A stretch of DNA of 64,000 nt, taken from positions 4,278,001-4,342,000 of the forward strand of contig JAYWIR010000004.1 of the NCBI GenBank assembly GCA_036172245.1, in the 5' to 3' direction. This document shows positions 38,400-52,299 of this stretch, piece after piece (position 1 is the first letter of the stretch; each line of letters begins with the position of its first letter). Source of the stretch: Raillietiella orientalis. Lineage: Eukaryota. Below the pieces are notes generated by a model that was not told the origin of the DNA, ran no database searches, and saw nothing but the letters and a program-made list of their open reading frames with translations. The position numbers were made by a program, and so were the translations under genes.

Positions 38400-40150
38400 A
38401 TATAGTATTATCTGTTTGCCACCCTCTATAGGGAAAAATGTATATCGAGTGATAGGCAATAAAAATTTGACATAAGTGGAAAAAAAAACCTTCCTGTTCT
38501 TAGGAGTTCTGTGAGGAAAACTCTTACCTCTTCCATGGCGCGGCCACTTTTCATGGCAGCGTCCTCCTCTTGAAGATGCACATTGTTCGAATTCTTCTTC
38601 AAGATACCCCTGATTCCAGGTCTTCCCACTGAGAGGAGGAGAAACCATGACACCATTTCCGAATGCAATGGAGAGTATCCACTGAGCTCGCTGCAATTTC
38701 ACGACTCCCAAAACAGGGATACTTTGCCGAACCTATCAGATCCACTTCCATCATCCTCGTGGATGTAGAAATCCCCTGAAACGAAAATTTCGCTGGTCTG
38801 GGTGACGTGGTTTCCGAAACTCATAGTTCCTCTGGAAGGATCCCTTGTTGGTCCTCAAAAATGATGCAGGAATAGTGAAGGCGAAGAAGGCGCAAGACGG
38901 AACAAACCGTTTCCTGAGCAACGATCCCATGATGTTGTGCTCACGATGGCGCAACTTTGTTTTGGCACTGCACTCGCAGCCATTTCCCCCTTGTGGAGGA
39001 ATAAAACTCGTTTTCCCCTCAATGTCCCGGATATTTTTCGGACGAATCTTCCGTAAACGAAGGATCTCTGTAAACAGCCAAGTGTACTGCATCCTGACTC
39101 CATTCGAAAAATAAAAACGCGATGTACAGAGCAAACTGGACGCACAGTAGCGTAAATCAGGCTGGTTGCAGCTGCCGGTACGGATACCAAGCGAGCAGGA
39201 TAAACAAGATTACTTCTGCAAATAAGCGGGATGAACAGAAGGCACGGACGAGAATCAAAAAAGTTTCCATAAAATCCCCTGGATCTGTCTTACGTTTTCT
39301 GCCTTGAATGGGCACTAGAATGTCCACGTCGTGAGGTTTATCTGATAATTGATCTTTTCTTCCTCCACACGCTAGAAGATTAACGATCTTAGATATTTTT
39401 AGTTTGCTTGTCCTGACATCTGTCAAGAGAAAAATGAAGCACTCTGCTTTTTTCATTTTGTGTTAGATGGCAAAACCATGCTAGCAAAAATGCTCAGCCA
39501 GGTTAAGCATTAAAAAAAAAAGATCCAACTCATTTAAAGCGGAAAGAGGAGGCAAAAACAAAGAAAAACACTTTGTATAAATCTATGAAACGAAAGAAAA
39601 TGAATTTCAAGTTTCCATTTCCTGGGAAGGTTTCTCATATCACCATTGGATATTTCAAAATATAATGTCCGGAAATTAAGTAGAAAGTTTCAAGCTCATC
39701 AAGAAAAAAAAAAAGGTCTTCCTGAAGTTCTCGTTGTGTTTTAATAGCTCTAACTTGAAGGAAAAAAAAAAAAAACAGGAGCTGCCGAACTTACTCGGGC
39801 ATGTCTAAGAGGATTTTTTTGGTTCCTGTTCTAAAAGGAACGACCGTTTAGTCAGATCTAAATCACCAGAGATAGAGCACTACGTGAGCAACCAAAAAAG
39901 CACTTTGAATGATTTGAAATTATCGCTGTGGATGGTATCAGTCTTCTTCGAATCCGCAAAAATCTGAACTTGGAAATTACATCTTTCGAAAATCCTCAGA
40001 GGAAACGACGATTCCACTTTGGTCTGTCATTGTCGGTTCATGAAGAGCATCAGGATGTTTCAGATCGGATGGTGTCTTCCTTGCTTGGAACCGTCGTGTG
40101 CTTCCCGATGCTCCTGACAACCCACTTCAATCTGGACTCCCATAAGGTCA
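38400..40150 (-). mobile_element. Degenerate DDE DNA transposase (DF.ENY / FSDG..QY family; superfamily uncertain)
   Basis: Minus strand: FKAENV..QIQGILW (~39270-39310), RFYFSNG..QY (~39085-39120), SFIPPQGGNGC (HGK..CDG-like). Confidence 0.5.
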
Positions 40151-40899
40151 CTTACGCCGCAAGATCTTACCAGTAAAAAGGCAGTATTGGTCACTTTCAG
40201 TGGGGGTGGGGTATCACATCTTCTTTTTCATTTCCCTGTTTTTCTGGGTCAGGGAGTGCTACAATGCATTTTTACAAGACTGGTGCGTTGCTGGAAGTTT
40301 AGGGTCACGTGGTATCATATCGAATGGAAATTCACCAAAATTCACTCACTCCCTCGGTGCGTTGTCATCTGGTCTTTTCTTTTCCTTTCCTTTCTTTCTT
40401 TCTTTTTTTTTTTTTTTTTTTTAGCGATTCTTGTTATCTAAAGAACCGATCGTAAGCACGTGGGTATTTCAGACACGAAAGCCCTGGACAGAGCTCGTAG
40501 AACCGTCTTCTTGAGGTTCCGCTAGCAGTAAGGGACGCTGCATCGAGAGACGGCAAAACTGGTCGTGGCTGGAAATGCATGTGGCAGAATGCAGAAAAAA
40601 GTCAAGGTGGCATGGATTTGGATTTGGTCTCAGGAACAAAGGCAACGGCATCAAAGGCAATAGCTCCTTGTGACAGGAGATGCACTTGGCAAAGAAATTG
40701 ATTTCCTGCATCCCACATAGTTGTTGAAGAGGAAAGCAGCCCTTCAGAGTTTTTCGCTACCCAAGGATTATGAATTGACACATGCGCATGCTAATTTGGT
40801 TGTTGGAAATGCCTGACGAGACGAGAAGTAATGAGAGAAGAAAGGTGGCGCTAATTGTTTTCAGAAAGGCAGGGAAGCAATGGAAACTGAAGAACTGAG

Positions 40900-42600
40900 T
40901 AACGACTTGCAAGCAGAAGATAAAAAAAAAAACGAGTCAATCACTCTTCGAAATGAAAGAGTGGAGAGATAAATCTGTTCTTCCTTTCTCGCTGTATGGG
41001 ACAGTGCTTTGGTCCACTTAGTAACAGCGTTCCTCAAACTCTCAAAATGTTCCCTATTTTTCTTTCAGTCCGCACTTCAGATCTAAGTGAAAATACTGAA
41101 ATCAAAACAGGGAAGACTCTTGTGAGTTCAAGGTGCTCTTGTACTTATTTCATCCTTTGGGATCCGGTAAGGTGATTCGTGTTTTCGTCAACATCTCTAC
41201 TAATTCATTCTTCTTGCCTGGCAGCAAACATCCGCCTACAGGAAGACGGTTAGCCTACACTCTGATAGGACCTACGGGATAAGCAAAAGAAAGGACCTTC
41301 AAACGGAAAAATCCAGGACTGACTTTGCAAGCATCTCTGAGGTTCCCCACCGTGTGAACAGTTCGCGTAGCCGAAAGTGAGCAACCCAAAAAGAAAAAAC
41401 AGGAATCGATCGTCGTATGGGTCGGTCTGTCCGATCCTGACTACCTCCAGAACGGCCATTCTGGAATGCTTTCGTATTCTGACAAAGAGGATTTAGGTCA
41501 CCTGAGCTGGAACAGGGAACCCATGTGATCCACTCACATGAGCGGGCCTGATGTGGGACATGCCCTCTTCCTGCTTTTCCTTCCCTGAAAAAATCAACCC
41601 CTGTGAATCGGTTGCAAGGAAAGGGAGCGTGTGACCCGGAGAAGCAACCAATGGGACCCAAGGAACAGTTTCTTTCGAGCGGCACAAATTGTGTGGGCGT
41701 TTCTTTCGACCAGCCACTCCATTGCTTACGTCACATCCCGGAGATCGTTCCTTGGTCTTCGCATGGTTCTTCAGCAGAAGACGGAGAGTTCTTCGACGGC
41801 TTTGTGGAAGCAGTCGTCGTTATGGAGCGTTCAGCAAGTGCTGCCCACGTGCTCATTGGCGGAAGTCCGCAAGGTGATGCAAGTTTTGATGCTGTCGGAT
41901 GACCTCCGGAGACGGACAGCAGTCATACTTTCCCGTTTTGAAAGTCCCAGAGACAAACAGGCAGCCCAATTCGACCAGGATTCAGTCTCGGGCTGTTTGG
42001 AAGAGACTAGCAAGCAGTTCGAGCCCATGTTTCCTCCTGGGAGGAGCGGACTGGGACAAGGCAGGAACTCAGCCCGTATAGGATTTTTATTCCGCCCCTA
42101 TAGAATTAGCTATGGGGGCGGAATAAAAGGGGAAAGTATAAATCTCACATTTAAGATGGGGGAAGGATAAAAATCACCTTCGGTCAGCTCTGCTCGGCCC
42201 TACAAACCCCATTGGGAAACCAGAGAAACCTTGAGAACAGCAGCCGTTTCCCCGATTTGTCTGGAACCATCTCTTGGACCGTTCTTCACCTCATGGCATG
42301 CGTCTTTCCAGGATCTGACTTACAAACAGATCTCCATATCCCCTCGTGTGCCTCCGAAAGAGGAGTCCCAATTTTCATTGCGAGCCCTTCAAACGTGGCA
42401 CATCTTCGATTTGCAATGTGCCGAGGCATCAAACCACATGACTTTCACTTTTTCCGGCCGGTCGCATAGCAGCATACAGGTATGAGGAGGAAAAGTGTTT
42501 TCTGCTTGTTCTTTTTCTTTTCAATCCTGTTGCAAACCCGGTGCGTGCAATTTTCAGGATTTGCCACTCAAGCGTGATGATTGGGGATGCCTTCTCTTCA
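40900..42600 (-). mobile_element. Degenerate Ty3/Gypsy integrase
   Basis: Minus strand: GGH (~41900), TDSQGLIF (~41600; TDQG.NF), GMSHIRPAH, GQTD, and LLTFGY..H..FPF. Confidence 0.6.
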
Positions 42601-42999
42601 CAAAATCAGTATCTGGTCACCATGGAAGAACGCCTTGGGAGAAAATCAATAGCAGCGTCCTGAATTAACGATAGTAAGAGAAATAACAATAGCATACTGC
42701 TGATCTCATGTCGTGCAATGACACGTGTGGATTCCCTGGAATGTTCCCTAACCTATTTTCTAGTGACGGTGCTTAAGACAGTAAAGAAGGTTCTTGGAAG
42801 AATTCTTTGATTTGATGTAGGGTGATTTACATCAAACGCGGTTTGCTAATCACTTTGGTACTCGAGCGGAGAAGACAGGCTTTGTCCTTTGCGGTTTTAG
42901 CTGATTAGACGCTGGTGCAGCAAGATAAGTAACTAAGAATAGATGGGACCACCTCCAAACGCATGAAGTCAAGGTGACCTTTGCGATTGTGAAAATCGT

Positions 43000-45900
43000 T
43001 CTGTCATAGTATCATTCATTAGCTTCCGGCACAATGCACACACTTGCATGGTCTTGAAAATCCAAGCGGGTCTGTGCATGAATTCAGACGAGAGTGGAAA
43101 CTGAAATTCCAGCTGCTCTTTTCGAAAAAATCCAACAGCTTCCATCGATTCAGTTCACTTTTCTCCCTGCGGCACATAGAAGAGAAGCGCTTAGAGGGAA
43201 GTTTCGAAGCGATTACGCAGGAGGCACGGAAGAGAACTTTCTGTTAAAGTTCTCTGCATTCTGCTCTCGAAATTCTGTTAATTTTGGGTGGAATACGGCA
43301 ATCCATCGTAGCACACGCGCTTTTGGCATGCCTGTTTTTCATGAAGATGCGCCCCCCTCATCAAAATGACAGGTTCTGTGATTCAAAAGGAAAAAAACTT
43401 GATACAAAAAAATTACTCCTACAGGTAGGAAGTAAAAGCTTTCTTTCAAAAAACAGAGCAGAGATATATGATGCCGCTGAAGTGGTTTTATGGAAAGTAG
43501 TATTTTGTATAATATGCAGAGTACTACTGAAGATGCTCTCCTCCGTGGATGAAATCGCCTTGACTTTGTCCTAATAGCCGATGCGTCAAGAATTACTATG
43601 TGAAACAACTCTTCAGGACTGTTTCCATTCTTCTACAGAAGAAGCACGGAAGTATAAATTATCTGGAATCATTTCGAGATAATTTGCTTGTTCTTTCGAT
43701 GTCTGCACAAATAAAAGCTTCTCTTAGAAGTACGGGGACACGTTGCCTTGTGCCGAAAATCATGCTTATTATCAGTGGAATCTGCGTTTCCTTAGTGACC
43801 GTTCCGTAATGGAACGAGTAACTTTCGGCATCCAAAAATCAGTACGCAACGTGATAGCGAGACATTCGATCTTCTGTGATGACTGCAGTGGAGAATCCCA
43901 TGGATCGTCGTGAAACAGGTTCTCAGAAATGCTGCTGGTGGGTTCTCAATTTCTCATTCAGCTCGGTAGGTTTAACAATTTTCATCTTGATTATCTTAAT
44001 TCCATCTCAGTGCAGTAATCCTCAACCGCTAGGGGACGTGTTTTCTATCAAACAGTAGTATGAAGTTCTGCTCTCCAAGCTGTAGTCAAGATTTGCTGGA
44101 CCAATTTATGATTTGCTTCTTTAAAATACTTGCCGTCATTACTTCTATGATTAGCTCCCTCAGATGAGATCCTTAAGTAATTTCATTACTACTCCCTTCA
44201 AGATTTTAAAAGCCCCAGGCGTGTTTCCGATCTATTCCTCGTCTTCGATTATTTTCTGAATGCTTAGTCAGGGGAAAGTGCTAATCCAGATGTTTACGGA
44301 AATAATTTCTGATAACCGTTGCTTAGTGGCAAAGGAGAAAACTGGTTTTCTGGCTGTCTCGTAGCGGTCAACCTGAACCACTAAAGAAATTCTCATAGAA
44401 ACGGAAAGTGGGCAAAACAGAAAACCCGCTTCCGCCATCCCATGAATAAATTTTGTAGATTCGGTTTTCACGAATCTCTGTACATTTGGTTTTCAAAACT
44501 TGCTTCAATTATTGACTTGTTTCCAAAAGCTGCACCCTGCATCCAATCTTGAGTACGTTTCTCAAGTTTGCGTTTATCTCTCAGTCCGGTCGGTCCCTGA
44601 ACCAACTACGGTTTGTGTCTGTCGGATCTCCTCCTCTCTTCCGGTGCTGAAAGGTGGTGTCTTGCAGTCTTTTCGATTCCATTGGCTTGCAGCCGAGCAG
44701 TTCCCAAACGCAAGTCCACAGCCGCAGAATCTGAGATCCCACGAAGGATTCCAAACCATCGATGTCACTGCCAAGTTATCAACTGCTGGCAGATAACGAC
44801 TGTCAACAAGGCGAGTTCCAGAGGTGCCTATGGTAAAGCGAATAGCTGTGTTACACGGTTGCATTACTCATGCTGCTCCATAAGGTCGTCGTCATCAATG
44901 CAATTGTCATTTTGATTTGGAGGACTTGATCCGAAAGCACCGTTTCCAAGGAATCTGCAACAAGAAAAAACTCAGGCTCCTGATCACATGTATCATTTGC
45001 GCGAGCATCTCGATAATTATTTCATCCACATTCGTCGACTGTCGCTATTTTCCCTAAATCAATAAGGATTGCCACGAAGGCTTCCCTAGAAAATTCAACC
45101 TGGTCCCCAGGAGGGAAACCAGATTCCTGGAGAAGATTTCCGAATTGAAACACGAGTTTCTAAACTCTGATCCAAACGTCAACTGAGGGCACAAGAATCA
45201 GCTTCCAAGTTTTCTCGAAGCTATTGCTCAAAGCTTTTCATTCACTGCTCACGTGCTCCCAGCTTCCTTGGAATCTGGCAATACTGATTTGCAATACAAA
45301 GTTGACATCGGATTTGCTTGAAATCCGCAGAGTTGGATATGAGAACAGAACGGGAGCGAAAGGGGAGATGAGCACGATTTTTGAGCTCATTCAGCTCAGT
45401 AGGTTCACCGAAGCTTGATGTGATTCGCATCTCGTATGAGCAGATGATCCCAGGGAGGAGCAAGTTCTCTCAATTCAGTCGTCTTGAACGATATGAACAC
45501 TAACGCTGCAGATGTTTTCATCGGAGTCTTCTTGCAAAGGCAGATCCAGTAAGGCAGATGCAGTTTGACTCGGGAAGAATCAGAAGATTCCACAGCGCCA
45601 TCTTTGTTGGAGAGCATCCGCTGAACTTCACCAGCAGGTGTTCATCCCAATGGTGTAATCAATCAGCAGCACCCCCCCCCTCTTCCTCCTCCTCAGATTG
45701 CTCGAGCTACGCATAACCCATTTTCACTTCGGTTCGTCTTTCGAAGCACCGGACCGGGCTAACAGGCTGTATGAGAACCGGTTGAGGATGTTGTCAAACT
45801 ACCTGCTACCAAGCCAACAGCTGAAATAACACTTTTTGCATCTGGCATCCCCCTCAGTTTGTGCCATCGCGTCCACTCACTTATGGATCTCTGATTTTCC

Positions 45901-47650
45901 CTTCCTTCTCTCAGAGGAGTGATGCACCTCCTCAAAGTCCTGATGACTCTGTGCCATTTAACTCGAGATTCCCACTTTCCATACTGAGTCACGAGAACTT
46001 TCGTTAGGAACCCTCAGCCTCCACAACAAGAAATCATTTCGAAAGAGAAGATTCTCGGGAGAAGAAGGGAGAGTGGAAAAAGCGCATTTCCTTCGCTCAT
46101 GACAAATGCGCCACTGAAAGCAGGAGATCTTCTCCTTTGATCTGCGTGAAGGAAGTCCTCCAGTCTGGTCACCTCGCATTTTATATTCATAGAGACGCGT
46201 TTGACATCATTCAAAATTCCAAAATACCCAATTCATCTTTTTCTTCCAGATTACCGGGATGCATCCAGTTTGGATCTAATCCTCTTGTTTACAATGATTC
46301 GATGTCCCTTATTTTAGGGATCTTGAAATTTTTGTGGAGGCAAAGAGTAGATTAGAAGAGGCCTCGCTTGAAATATGCAGAGCATGCAACTTCCAGCAGA
46401 TACAAATATTTGCACGGATGGGGACCTGTCTGAGTATTTTTCATCGTGGGTTAATCCTGGAATCTCGTGACCTGTGTCCTTCACATGCAATGCAATGCGC
46501 CTTATGCGCATTTCCCGCAGTCTGCAGTTCTCCAAGAATTTTGGAAGGATGCTACTTTCTGAGTTGAACTCTTAGAATGATGCCGCCCTCATTTCTCTCG
46601 ACGACCGCGAGTTTGAGGTCCATTTTTTTTTCAACGTACGGATGGATTCCTGGGAACTTTCGGATCTCACTGCCGAGTCCCCTGATCCAACAGTTTGACG
46701 AAACAGCTGCACGGCTGCCATCTGCAGCTTAGAAGAATTTAACCCTCCTCTGGTCAGTTTCTTGTTTCCTACTTGATCTGTCCTCTCGTGTGCCATGCAA
46801 TAAATTCTGCTTGGTTTCATCGTTCGCCTGTACATTTTACAACTGTACACTCCTCTCACAATATCAACGAATTCTATTAAATACATCGATGAATTTCACT
46901 CAAAAGGATAACCACATTGAGGCTGAGAATATGTACCGAGGATGCATTCGACCTTATAGAAACTGGAATCAAAAAATGTAGAGTATTCCGACGAAAGCAT
47001 CCAACGATCCCTTGGCTTCGAGGATCCTGCGCAGCTGAATTGGATCCTCAGGATTGAACCGTTCCCGGAATGGACGTCAGTGCAGAGGTTGTTCCATTGC
47101 TTGATCCAAAGTGCAAGAAGAAGAAAAGCGTATTTTGCTCAGTGAACTCCATCGATCCGTCCACTCACTTCAACTTTCCAGGTCCATTCTTGAGCTGAGG
47201 AATGATCCAAGTTCAAAGGGAAGCTGCGCCTCTCCTCGGTAACCCGTTCATGCCGGCATCCCAAATAGCGAACAGGTTCGCGCATTAGTCTTGCTATTTT
47301 TAATTCCTAACAGCACACCCATTCCAGTCTGTTCCCCTGACTTCTTCAGCTTTCCTCTGTGATTCGTCCAGCTTCGTCATCCTGTGGTGATTTCAAGGTT
47401 GACAATTTATTTATTCCTTCGCTTTTTGTCTCGGTCTTCAGATAGCGGAGTTTCTGCGACTCCTGGTAATTGCACTTCCTTTCTTGCACGCGATGATTCA
47501 GAGAGCTCTCTCTGAGAGTTTTTGGCCATGAGCACTGCGTCAGAAAGTTATCACAATCGGCTTTTGCCTTCATTTCATGCACTTTCAAATCCAGAAGTGA
47601 CATTTCATTCTTTGTGCCATTGGGGATTCATCATTGTCAATGCGCCGCGA
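43000..47650 (-). mobile_element. Degenerate Ty3/Gypsy gag-pol
   Basis: Minus strand: PDAKSVIS (protease-like, ~45830), DGAVESSDSS..P.W..KK (RT start, ORF 45405-45617), RNase H-like segment ~44400-44700, integrase-like ISS..IFSS and TT.H.P (~43470-43560). Confidence 0.55.
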
Positions 47651-48449
47651 GTCAACACGGACCTTTTGCTGCTGTTCCGATGCGCCAGCGGAATTCTTTA
47701 ATTGCTTCCGCGGCCTCCTTCAGATTCCCGAGAAGGAAGTAATCGTCATAGGATTTCGCTGTTTCTGAGAGCACGGATGGACGATGAAGGTCCATCGTCG
47801 AAGCGGAGAAGTGGTCCATCGGAGAAGTGGTCCGTTCCGTCTACCGTTTCCGCCTCCAACCTCTACTGCACTGAAGGTTCCTGGTGATGTTCCCGAAAAC
47901 ACCCTCCTGTTTGAGTAGGGCTCATCCCACCCATCGTAGGCAGCGTCCGACGTTTGATCGATCCAGTAGATGAAGTTACGATTGGAGGCATCAAGCCACT
48001 TAGTTACACTAAGTGGCTTGATTATGTGTGCATGTATGTGTGTGTAATACATAGATTTCTCTCATACTGGCAATCATATTCGTAATTCAGTGAACTCGTG
48101 ATAATTTAAACACTAGTACATAGCTGCCATCAATTACCATTAGTTAATTTCCATAAGATTTAAATTTTAACTTTATTTTCAAAACTACGTGTTTTTCAAG
48201 AATTTTTTTTTCTCTGTTGCTTACAAAGCGCTCTCATTAAACCATCTCTTGATTTTTACATAGACTCTAAAATGCTTACATATAACCAATACTAATTTAA
48301 TCAATAGTTCGTTTATAGTTTATTAACGTCTTTAAATGCATCTTTTCGGTGGGTGGGGGTGGGGGGGGGAGAAAAGGCCGGTTTTGTGATTTTTCCATTA
48401 TAATCTTAATAGCTCTTGCATCTGCTGCTATTTACCCCACTGGTAATCG

Positions 48450-50150
48450 ATAAGGATCGAAAACCTCAAAGTCCGTAAAACGTCCACTTTTCGCGATCGA
48501 CTCCGAGAGAGGAAGAGGAAGAGCCGACGAACCAAGGTGACGGTGCTCCGAAAATCCAAGAAAGGATGCTCGCGGGACTTCTACTGAAACGGTACAAAGG
48601 CCCACGAAGAAGCCCAAACTTGATGAGAGAGTGCTTGTGCTGCCTCCTGCAGACGTGCAACTTCACCTCGTGGTGGCACCGTCGCCCGTTCGCTGCTGGC
48701 ACGCTCTTCGGTGCAACCGAAGGAGAAAAACCGCGCCTTTGGGGGGCGCCGAGGTCCTGGGCGGCGAATTTCGGCCGGAAGCGCGCGGTCGTGGTTCGAA
48801 GATCCACCATGCTTCGCACCGGCCCTGCCGGTGCAAGTTTCAGATGTTCGCAATGATCCACGGAGGACCCACTCGAGGACAGCCACAGAGATTACGAAGA
48901 CTCGAGAATGCAGATCTCTGCTCGTGACGCGTCGTCGGTTGTAATCGGAAACAAATTAACATGGCGCTCGGTAGCACTTGATCCAGGGCCTGCAAAGGAA
49001 GGCGAGGTTCATCGAAGAAACGTGAACCACACAGTGTGGAGCGGGAAATGTCCCCATAACTTCCCGTGGCTCAGGGGAGCACCCGAGAGATCTGGATGCC
49101 ACGATACGACCCAGAAAAGAAAGAAAGAAATGGACAGCTGGATTCTGTAAGATAGAAACTGTAAGATAGCCAAGACATTGGGAGATCGTGGAAAGTCTCA
49201 ATGCAGCGGCCATCGTAAGCCATAATGCAATCCACAGCTTCTTTCTCCCTTTTTCCAAAATCGAAGTTCACGCCATGTTTTTTTGTTTTTTCTTTTAAAA
49301 AAAAAAAGGGGGGGGGGGAGGGGAGATGGAGGCAGAGAGAACGAGGATATCCTTCCACGTCGACTGCCAGATCGGCTTGAGTAGCCTTGCGAGTTCCTCC
49401 TCTTCATGAGGCGCTGCTCGACTAGGCGGTAACACTTTTTTCTCTTTCCCACCCCCCGCAGTCATCAGACTTGCAACGCTCTGCACATTTCCAATGCCTC
49501 GGCTGGTGATTTCTGATCGAACGTGTAGGATGACAGCAATTAATGTCCCTGAAGAGAGAAGAGAAAAAGAAGAAGAAGAAGCAAAAAAAAAAAAAAAAAC
49601 GCTAGGAAATGAATCCCTAGACGGACGACAAGTTTCATCTGCACATGGAAAAATAAAGTTGGATTCGCCTCTGGAAGCTCATCCACCGCTTGAAGTTTAC
49701 GAAGTTTCTGTCGCATAGCGAATGGGGAATCGATGTCGCCAGGGGTATCCAGCGGTGTGTTCTCTCTGTTCTCTCGATCCGATTTTGAGAACTGCTTCTC
49801 ATAAATAAAATTCAGCAGTTTCCGTTGACCCAGAACTCCCCTGCAGATGGTTTTCGATTTTGCTGACTTTTTCTGAATTCTCTCACCTGCTATTCACCGT
49901 CCCCATGAAGATTAGTGGCACCTGAGCGATAAAGCGAAATAAAGAGTACTTACGATTGATTAAAGTCGAAGAATCTTTCACGTGAAGGATTGCTTCCCCG
50001 CGTTACCTGTAGATGGCAGAGTTTCCTCTTGTGTGCTGTACAGGGCGTATCTGATCAAGGCATCCAAATGTGCTCAGTTGACACCGAGATCCACCATGCC
50101 CACATTATGCGGTGGAAATAATGATAATAACAACCCAGATGTCCTCCAAG
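48450..50150 (-). mobile_element. Degenerate hAT transposase (DUF4371/ZMYM1-like)
   Basis: Minus strand: FRFIAQVPLIFMG (~49900-49940), GNC (~49820), CIMAYDG (~49210-49230; YDG), PHCVVH..NLA (~49000-49040; CxxH.LNL signature), W..R (~48870). Confidence 0.75.
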
Positions 50151-50336
50151 ATGAGAACAAGAGGAACAAGAAGAAGTGAAGGGGTGAATGCTTCAAAAGC
50201 TTAGAGGCTTGGAAAAAAAAAAGGGAAAGTTAGAAAGGAAGGACATCTATGAAAGTAAAATCTTGAAAGCGTTGCGACATCTTTTTTTGGTCATGGTACT
50301 GGCACTTTTCGAACACTGAAAAGCGCTTCATATGTT

Positions 50337-50427
50337 CATCATCATCATCATCATCCGCCTTTGGGAAGCGTTCCGTTCACTTCTTTCTCCGCCGCCATCT
50401 TTTGATTCCCTTTGCTTTTTCTCCCGA

Positions 50428-50458
<31 letters not shown>
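50337..50458. repeat. (CAT)6 and (TG)15 microsatellites
   Basis: Read directly at 50337-50354 and 50429-50458. Confidence 0.95.
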
Positions 50459-50459
<1 letters not shown>

Positions 50460-51029
50460 ATTTTCCTTTGCTTTTCGTTATTCGTGTTCCTGTTTCCCCC
50501 GGTGTAACGTGATGAGGCACGTGAGGCTCGAGAGAGGGAACTGCTGGGGTGAAGCGGAACGTTGGAGGTCGTGAAATCACGCCTTCAAACGTTCCCAAGC
50601 ACATCCCAAGGGGTGCGCCTCCTGGGAACGCAGGGAACGCCAAAAAAGAAAAAAAAAAAAAAAAAAAAAAAAACGCGGCAAAATGCTTCCGACCTGCTGG
50701 TGTTTATTTCCCGTTTCGATTCGTGTTCGACTGACAGGGGAGAAGAGGGGAGGGGGGGAAGGGAGGGGGGCGCGGTAGTCGCACGCGTTTCCGTCGACGA
50801 CGACGCCATGTTGCGACTGCCTCACGAAAGCCGCTAGTTTGCAACTGCACATCGGCCACAAAGGGGGATCACTCCTGCACAGCTTTCCCCCCCCCCCCCC
50901 CCTCCCATCCCCGAGGCAACGCCTCGCGTCCGTCGTCCTCGCCGCGCGCCGTCGTCGAAGCGGCTGCTGCGAACGTCCCTCGCGTTGCTCCGAGCGAAGT
51001 GCAGGCGCCGCCTGTGTTTCTATTTTCCT

Positions 51030-51230
51030 TTTATAGATGTCGGGAATCATCTGGTAATAAGCATGCGTCAGCTGAAAGGCGAAATATGGCGTGCACATTT
51101 CCGAGCAGCCCAGCAGAAGCTCCACGTTCAGTTGGAGATAACTCGGGAGAGAGTAGGCTGTGAGGTGCTTCGCGATGCTGTGAAAGTTGTTTGGGGCAAG
51201 AGAGGAGGAGATATGTATCATACAAGTGGA
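51030..51230 (-). mobile_element. hAT C-terminal dimerisation domain remnant
   Basis: NFHSIAKHLTAYSLPS..VELLLG..T in ORF 50577-51221 resembles FP.L..IAK..L.IP.SS..ER.FS. Confidence 0.5.
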
Positions 51231-52299
51231 AGCATAGACGAGCTGCTTTCGTCGGCGAGCAAAGGTTTGGTTGTCGCAGTTCCCTTGAATTATCCGCTGT
51301 TTGATCTCTCCGCGCGCGCGCGAACACCGAGGCCCCTCGGTGTTGTCGTTATTAATTATCGTCGTTTTGTTTATTTACTTTTTTTTTCTATAATTTTTAT
51401 TTATTTATTTATTTTGGTGGGGGGCTGCGTCTCATTGGGAAATCGTGTGCGCGCGTGTGAATTCGCCGGACGAGATGATGGTCGTCCTCGTCGCCCTGCT
51501 GCTGCCGTTGATCACTGCGGAGGAGAGGCAGTGCGAAAAGAGAAAAAAAAAGAAAAGAAAAGCCGGGGAAGACCGACAGGACACGCTCGGATCAAAAATG
51601 GTGGCTTACATCGCTCCTGCCCGGCAACGCATGCGTCACTCCCCTTTCCCACCGTGCTTGAACTCGTCCCACCAGCGGAAGTGTTTTTCATTCATCCTCT
51701 CTTGGTTTCGGGAGCGAACGTGCGATCCTCCGAATTCTTGGTAGCGGTCATGTATCGGCAGTTTTTCCTCCTTTTCTCCCCCGCCCCCGCCCCCCGGCCT
51801 CCCGGTTTAACGATTACGAAGGATGGTTTATCTTATCGTGGGCGGTTTTTTTCCCTCCTCCTCCTTTCTCTCCCGAGGGCCGGGGTTCGCTGATGGGGGG
51901 GGGGGGGGGAGGCAAGGAAAGGATGTGCGGTCTCTGTGGCAGACGCATGTCGGCAACCTTGGATCTCAGGTGATGAAAGAGTCATCGCACCGGATCGTCG
52001 CAGCACGCTCCGTCTGCTCACCGTCCTGCTTTTCTCACGTGCGGCGTCACAGAGCGCATTTTGTGATTGTGATTGCAGCGAACACTTGCGTGCACGCGTT
52101 CCCAGGCGCCCCTTGGTTCGCCTTGTAAACACGGAGTCGCGGCCATTGACGAAAAGCCTGCGCAGAGCACGTGCGCCTCCTTTGCTGGGAAACTCGAGAG
52201 ACCCGTCCTCTCCTTTCCATCTTCCATCCCGGGTGGCGTTGCTTCTCTCCCGGAAGGGTGTTTTCGTTGGAGGTGGTAGCTGAGGTCAGGGCATTCGAG

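Noticed and set aside
50985..51893. 302-aa ORF with an apparent transmembrane segment
   Set aside because: The hydrophobic part comes from T-rich simple sequence, and the 5' part is antisense to a hAT remnant.
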